Assembly (NCBI GenBank): GCA_029559435.1
Contig: JAKQBZ010000046.1
Location: 1-21,050, forward strand
DNA from: Deltaproteobacteria bacterium
GTDB taxonomy: Bacteria > Desulfobacterota > Syntrophorhabdia > Syntrophorhabdales > Syntrophorhabdaceae
Direction: 5' to 3'
Length of the DNA: 21,050 nt
The translations under genes and the position numbers were made by a program. The notes under the pieces are model-generated. The model did no database searches and was not told the DNA's origin. It saw only the letters and a list, made by a program, of their open reading frames with translations. Shown here piece after piece: positions 17,478-21,050 of the stretch. Numbering within the stretch: the stretch's first letter is position 1; each line of letters begins with the position of its first letter.

Positions 17478-17505
17478 GTTCGGAGTTCGGCGTTCGGCGT
17501 AGAGA
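17478..17505. repeat. Heptanucleotide tandem array GTTCGGA GTTCGGC GTTCGGC GTAGAGA
   Basis: Read directly from the sequence. It is the inverted partner of the array at 17603-17630. Confidence 0.85.
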
Positions 17506-17549
17506 GCAAAAAAGAAAAGGCAGGGCCGATGACCCTGTCTCGTTTTTTA
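17505..17549 (-). terminator. Probable rho-independent terminator of the cytochrome c / cytochrome b operon (A-run and T-run on both sides)
   Basis: Hairpin CAGGG-ccgatga-CCCTG at 17521-17537. On the minus strand it is followed by CCTTTTCTTTTTTG, and on the plus strand by TCTCGTTTTTTAT. The stem is short (5 bp), so the strength is moderate. Confidence 0.55.
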
Positions 17550-17562
17550 TACTATACGGTCT

Positions 17563-17583
17563 GCTATGAGCTATCAGCTATAA
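17563..17583. repeat. Heptanucleotide tandem array GCTATGA GCTATCA GCTATAA
   Basis: Read directly from the sequence. It lies between the terminator hairpin and the right-hand GCCGAAC array. Confidence 0.8.
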
Positions 17584-17602
17584 ACCATGAGCCGTGTTTC
17601 TC

Positions 17603-17630
17603 GCCGAACGCCGAACGCGCTACGCCGAAC
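17603..17630. repeat. Heptanucleotide tandem array GCCGAAC GCCGAAC GCGCTAC GCCGAAC (reverse complement of the GTTCGGC array)
   Basis: Read directly from the sequence. 17602-17616 is the perfect reverse complement of 17485-17499 (15 bp), and 17620-17631 is that of 17491-17502 (12 bp). Confidence 0.85.
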
Positions 17631-17646
17631 GGATTTCTCTACAATC

Positions 17647-17681
17647 ACGATATACGATATACGAACGACGGTATACGGGTT
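17647..17681. repeat. Heptanucleotide tandem array ACGATAT ACGATAT ACGAACG ACGGTAT ACGGGTT
   Basis: Five ACG-phased heptads lie immediately 3' of the cytochrome b stop codon (17681-17683), and the last heptad touches it. Confidence 0.75.
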
Positions 17682-18310
17682 TAGGGTTTACTCTCGTCGT
17701 CGGGTTCTTCGGCGTATCCCGTGATCATTGATCGAACATAGGTGGTGATGCCTTTGCCGAGCGACGACATGTAGATATGGACGATGAGGTAAAGCAGGAA
17801 GCAGTAGCCCGTTATGACGTGGATCGCGTCGAGCACCCTTAGACCACCGACCATATCGATATACTGGTAGAAGAAAAGGATGTCGCTGAAGAGTATACCC
17901 GTTATCACGATAACCGGCATGAGCAGGAACATTACCGATGAGTACGCCAGCTTCTGGAGGGGGTTGAACTTTGCGCCGGGCGTCGGAGTAAAAGGAGCCT
18001 TTCCTTTTGTAAAATAGGTGTAGAGATAGTAGAGCGCCTGCCTGGGGATACCTTTGAGGTCAACAATATTGAGTATGTAGTGTTTTCCCAGGCCCTTTGT
18101 GAAAAGATAGTAGAAGAACCAGAAGAGGAAAGACAGGGCAAGAAGGTAGCCGAGATATTTGTGAAGCGCCACGGTAGTCCCGTATTGCGGAAAGCTGGTA
18201 ATATCGGGGATCCTCAAGTGTATTCCGGTAAGCATGAGCATGATGATGAGGAAGGCGTTTGCCCAGTGCCATATGCGGACAGGTAGCGGATGGAGGTATA
18301 TCTTTTTCAT
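17681..18310 (-). CDS. Membrane dihaem b-type cytochrome (PhsC/HydC/FdnI-like, Ni/Fe-hydrogenase b-type cytochrome family)
   Basis: The 209-aa product has four predicted TM helices. Conserved histidines sit in the usual places (VRIWHWANAF, ALHKYLGY, DAIHVITGY, LIVHIYMS), consistent with two haem b groups. The start is set to the ATG at 18310, which overlaps the cytochrome c stop as ATGA (18307-18310). The 29-aa N-terminal extension in the ORF track (to 18397) lies inside the upstream gene and is rejected. Confidence 0.8.
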   Translation of the reverse strand: MKKIYLHPLPVRIWHWANAFLIIMLMLTGIHLRIPDITSFPQYGTTVALHKYLGYLLALSFLFWFFYYLFTKGLGKHYILNIVDLKGIPRQALYYLYTYFTKGKAPFTPTPGAKFNPLQKLAYSSVMFLLMPVIVITGILFSDILFFYQYIDMVGGLRVLDAIHVITGYCFLLYLIVHIYMSSLGKGITTYVRSMITGYAEEPDDESKP

Positions 18311-19980
18311 CGTTTCAGAAATATCCTCCCGATTATATGGAGCATAATGAATATAAGAATGACCGCAAAAAGAGCAATGCCAAGGATGTCTATCCACTTG
18401 AACCCAAGCTCCTGCACCTGACCGGTCCGGTCTTTACCGCTGAAGCCGAGCAGCATCCTGATATCTTCGAGGTTTACCCTTTCTTCGCCGAGAAGGCTCA
18501 GGTCGGTGAAGACAGAGATGGGCGCGGCCCCGAGTATGGTGCCTTTAACGGGAATATAGAGATGATCCTCTGCGTCGGGCAGGATAAGGTACATGGAGTC
18601 GTAGAACGGGGCGTTATGCGAGTGGCATGTTGTGCATACCTTGCGCTTTGTGCCTTTTTCAGAGTAGTCGTGGTGGACCTTTGTCACGATGATCGAGCCG
18701 CCGACGAAAAGCTCCTCCTGGAATTTTTTCTGCAAAGCGAGGAAGAAGTCCGACAGCTCCCTGGATATTACCGCGTTGTCACCGTCTGCATCAATGATGT
18801 TCTTGAGATCTGCGTGGCCGCCGTATGCGTCCCTGATATCCCTGTACGTTAAGGCCTGTTTCTTGCCGCCTGACCGTTTGCCGAGGTAAAAGACGATGCT
18901 CTTTTGTGATTCAGGGCTGTGGCAGGTGGAACATTCGAGGTAGTTGAAGTGGAGGCGGGTATGCGGCAGCCAGGCATGTTTATCCACGTAGTCCTTATGG
19001 CACCGGGCACAGACATCGATCCTCTGCTTTGCGTTATATTCCCGGTATGCGGTTATGCTGTGGGGATTATGACAATCGGTACACAGCGCGGCGCCCTTTT
19101 TTGTATGAACAGAGTTTTTGTAAACCCCGTAAACCTCTTTGTGGCATTTCAGGCAGGTGTTGTCGCTGATCCGCTCCTGGGAGATATGACAATCAAAGCA
19201 GGCAATCCCTTTTTTCCCGTGGACCGTTGCCTTATATTCTTTGATGGAAGGCAGTTCAGGGATGAGGATCTTCGGGTCGGCGCGGAACGTGTATGACGAG
19301 ACCCCTGACAACCTGAGGCGCGCTTCCCTGAAGATGCTTCCGTCGCCATGGCATCCATCGCACTGAAGGGGTTTTTTGGTGACACCGTGGGCATCGCCGG
19401 CCGCAGAGTACGACCTGCTTATTGTATATAGATCCTTATAGTTCTGCTCCAGGTATGCGAGGAAGCGGTCCGATTCTGCCTGATCGACAACGCTGTTTTT
19501 GTCGGGATCTATCGTCTCCTTCCCGATCGCACCGCCCTTGCGGACGTATACGCGAAGCTGGGCCGTGGCCGACCCTTTTTTTATCTTTCCGTGGCATACG
19601 GCGCACCCCATGCTCGCCAGGTGCTTTTCTTTGGACGGTATTGACCCGTGCGCGATCCCCTTATGGCACGAAAGGCAGTTTTTTGTGCCCTTATCGAGAA
19701 AATGGACGGCGTGGCATTCCTTGCAGGAGAGGCCTCCGGCGCTGTGGATGCTTTTTGCGTATAGGGCAGAGGTCTCCTTATGGCACTCCGCGCACAATGG
19801 TTTTGCAAGCTTTTCCTGGTGCGGGAGAGAAGCGGTATCCTTGTGGCAGTCTGTACAGGCTGCCTTGCCGTGGTTGTATTTTTTGAAGGCATCGTGGCAT
19901 TCGAAGCAGTCATCCGGCCTTACGGTGGCATGTAGGGGGCCAACAAGAAATATGAACAGTACGGCAATGATGACGTACAT
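18307..19980 (-). CDS. Tridecahaem c-type cytochrome with N-terminal signal peptide and C-terminal transmembrane anchor
   Basis: The 557-aa product carries 13 CxxCH motifs: CFECH, CTDCH, CAECH, CKECH, CLSCH, CAVCH, CDGCH, CFDCH, CLKCH, CTDCH, CARCH, CSTCH and CTTCH. It has a hydrophobic N-terminus (VIIAVLFIFLVGPLHA-TV) and a C-terminal helix, WIDILGIALFAVILIFIMLHIIG, followed by the basic tail RIFLKR. No SD lies upstream of the ATG at 19980. Confidence 0.9.
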   Translation of the reverse strand: MYVIIAVLFIFLVGPLHATVRPDDCFECHDAFKKYNHGKAACTDCHKDTASLPHQEKLAKPLCAECHKETSALYAKSIHSAGGLSCKECHAVHFLDKGTKNCLSCHKGIAHGSIPSKEKHLASMGCAVCHGKIKKGSATAQLRVYVRKGGAIGKETIDPDKNSVVDQAESDRFLAYLEQNYKDLYTISRSYSAAGDAHGVTKKPLQCDGCHGDGSIFREARLRLSGVSSYTFRADPKILIPELPSIKEYKATVHGKKGIACFDCHISQERISDNTCLKCHKEVYGVYKNSVHTKKGAALCTDCHNPHSITAYREYNAKQRIDVCARCHKDYVDKHAWLPHTRLHFNYLECSTCHSPESQKSIVFYLGKRSGGKKQALTYRDIRDAYGGHADLKNIIDADGDNAVISRELSDFFLALQKKFQEELFVGGSIIVTKVHHDYSEKGTKRKVCTTCHSHNAPFYDSMYLILPDAEDHLYIPVKGTILGAAPISVFTDLSLLGEERVNLEDIRMLLGFSGKDRTGQVQELGFKWIDILGIALFAVILIFIMLHIIGRIFLKR

Positions 19981-19987
19981 AATACTG

Positions 19988-20016
19988 ATGGTAACAGAAG
20001 GCGGGGATTTTGTAAA
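19988..20016 (-). promoter_or_regulatory. Speculative promoter in the queE / cytochrome c gap
   Basis: Minus strand reads TTTACA (20016-20011), a 17-nt spacer, then TACCAT (19993-19988), then 7 nt to the ATG at 19980. Both hexamers are imperfect. Confidence 0.25.
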
Positions 20017-20031
20017 CAGGATTGCGTGCCG

Positions 20032-20640
20032 CTATGGTATCCCGAGCAGCTTGTGCGTCTGCAGGCTAAGCCTCCACCTCGGGTTGGCAAGACAGTATTC
20101 CACAGCCTTTTGCGTATTGGCCTTTACGTCGGCCCCGCTCATGGGCTGGAGAAAGAAATATTTGAAATTCAGGTGCTCGAACCGTTCCGGCTCGGCGCCT
20201 TCCTGTGGAAAGACAAGCTTCAGCTCATCGCCGGACCTGACGACAAGTTCAGTGCCGGCCTTGGGGCTCACGGCGACCCAGTCTATGCCTCCCGGCAAAG
20301 GTAGCGTGCCGTTGGTCTCTATTCCGACCTCGAGGCCGTGGTTATGGAAGGCGGCAACAAGGGCCTCGTCTATCTGGAGCGCCGGCTCGCCTCCCGTGCA
20401 TACGACAAAAGCGAGGAAGGGATGGGCGCCCGGGCCGGGGAACATATTTGCAACAGCAACCGCCAGCTTTTCGGGGTTTTTGAAGACGCCGCCCCCGGGG
20501 CCGTCAGTGCCCTTGAAATCGGTATCGCAGAATTCGCAGGCGAGGTTGCACCCGGAAAACCGGCAGAAGATAGCGGGCCTCCCCGTGTGCAGGCCTTCTC
20601 CCTGGAGGGTATAATATATCTCTTTCACCCGGTAGGCCAC
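20032..20640 (-). CDS. queE: 7-carboxy-7-deazaguanine synthase QueE (radical SAM)
   Basis: The 202-aa product has the N-terminal EIYYTLQGEG motif and the radical-SAM cluster motif CNLACEFC (CxxxCxxC) followed by DTDF. The C-terminus is typical of short QueE proteins. The GTG start has GGGGAG 8 nt upstream and overlaps the queC stop by 1 nt. Confidence 0.9.
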   Translation of the reverse strand: MAYRVKEIYYTLQGEGLHTGRPAIFCRFSGCNLACEFCDTDFKGTDGPGGGVFKNPEKLAVAVANMFPGPGAHPFLAFVVCTGGEPALQIDEALVAAFHNHGLEVGIETNGTLPLPGGIDWVAVSPKAGTELVVRSGDELKLVFPQEGAEPERFEHLNFKYFFLQPMSGADVKANTQKAVEYCLANPRWRLSLQTHKLLGIP

Positions 20641-21050
20641 TATGAATGCTCCCCGCCCTTTTTGTGCAACAGAGGGTCTTCAAGGCCGCTCTCGGCGAAG
20701 CCTTTCTGCCGCAGGATGCAGGCATCGCATTGTCCGCACGGCCTGCCGTCCGGCAAGGGGTCGTAGCAGGTGCTGGTCATTGAAAAATCGACCCCCAGCT
20801 CCCTGCCCTTCCTGATGATCTCTGCCTTGGTCATGTTGATGAGCGGAGCGTGGATGGCAAAAGGTGCGCCGTTGACGCCGGCCTTCGTGGCGAGGTTCGC
20901 CATCTTCCCGAAGGCCTCGATATATTCCGGCCTGCAGTCAGGATAACCGCTGTAGTCGAGGGCATTTACGCCTATAAAGATATCGCGGGCCCCCAGGGTC
21001 TCCGCCCAGGCAAGCGCAAGGGAGAGAAAGATGGTGTTGCGCGCGGGGAC
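20640..21050 (-). CDS. queC: 7-cyano-7-deazaguanine synthase QueC, 5'-truncated by the window edge (C-terminal about 136 aa present)
   Basis: The reading frame is open to nt 21050. It translates as [58 protein letters not shown]... and ends with the Zn-binding CYDP...[10 protein letters not shown] motif. The track lists only the part from an internal Met (20903). Confidence 0.9.
   Translation of the reverse strand, partial: VPARNTIFLSLALAWAETLGARDIFIGVNALDYSGYPDCRPEYIEAFGKMANLATKAGVNGAPFAIHAPLINMTKAEIIRKGRELGVDFSMTSTCYDPLPDGRPCGQCDACILRQKGFAESGLEDPLLHKKGGEHS

Noticed and set aside
18311-18397. 29-aa N-terminal extension of the cytochrome b ORF (MDRHPWHCSFCGHSYIHY...)
   Set aside because: It lies wholly inside the cytochrome c coding region in another frame. 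The ATG at 18310 forms a classic ATGA stop/start overlap and gives the family-typical N-terminus (MKKIYLHPLPVRIWHW).
19499-20614. 371-aa plus-strand ORF spanning the cytochrome c / queE region
   Set aside because: It is entirely antisense to two strongly supported minus-strand genes. Its product is a low-complexity Ser/Pro/Arg/Trp-rich sequence with no recognisable motif and no RBS. This is typical of a shadow ORF in moderately GC-rich coding DNA.
20032-21050. queC-queE as part of a 7-deazaguanine DNA-modification (Dpd-like) defence island
   Set aside because: Only the two housekeeping preQ0 biosynthesis genes are visible. No dpdA/tgtA5-like transglycosylase, helicase or nuclease genes are in the window, and the downstream neighbours are cytochromes. 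The ordinary queuosine pathway is the simpler reading.
1-21050. Mobile elements, CRISPR arrays, toxin-antitoxin or known defence systems, tRNA/rRNA genes
   Set aside because: I looked for long terminal inverted repeats, regularly spaced repeats of 25-40 bp, transposase or integrase-like ORFs and tRNA-like sequences on both strands and found none. The only repeat-rich segment is the heptad region at 17478-17681, which is reported separately.

Overview
This 21 kb window has about 50% GC. Every credible gene (14, plus partial queC at the right edge) lies on the minus strand, and all plus-strand ORFs in the track look like antisense shadows. Reading in transcription order from high to low coordinates, there are five units. 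(1) queC (5' truncated by the window edge) and queE, for preQ0/queuosine synthesis. (2) A 13-heme c-type cytochrome with a C-terminal membrane anchor, translationally coupled by an ATGA overlap to a 4-TM dihaem cytochrome b. This looks like a Cbc-like membrane quinol/periplasm electron-transfer module. It is followed by an odd 3' region built from four blocks of heptanucleotide tandem repeats around a terminator. (3) A 1822-aa soluble hybrid histidine kinase with about 9 PAS domains, one GAF domain, HisKA/HATPase and a receiver. (4) typA/bipA. (5) The most interesting unit, an accessory-looking operon behind a very AT-rich promoter region. It encodes a divergent UbiD-family (de)carboxylase, an ATP-dependent acyl-CoA ligase, a TAXI-type TRAP binding protein, a fused TRAP permease, a small 4-Cys TIGR04076-like protein and the UbiX flavin prenyltransferase. 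These are followed by a GntR/FadR-type regulator and a separately transcribed orphan DctP-type TRAP binding protein. The gene content resembles anaerobic phthalate/isophthalate-type pathways (import, CoA thioesterification, prFMN-dependent decarboxylation to benzoyl-CoA), but the parts combination differs from the published ones. The substrate cannot be read from sequence. No CRISPR arrays, rRNA/tRNA genes, transposases or recognisable defence genes were seen. The host is probably an anaerobe, judged from the multihaem cytochromes and the UbiD/UbiX/CoA-ligase chemistry. That is an inference and not something the sequence proves.
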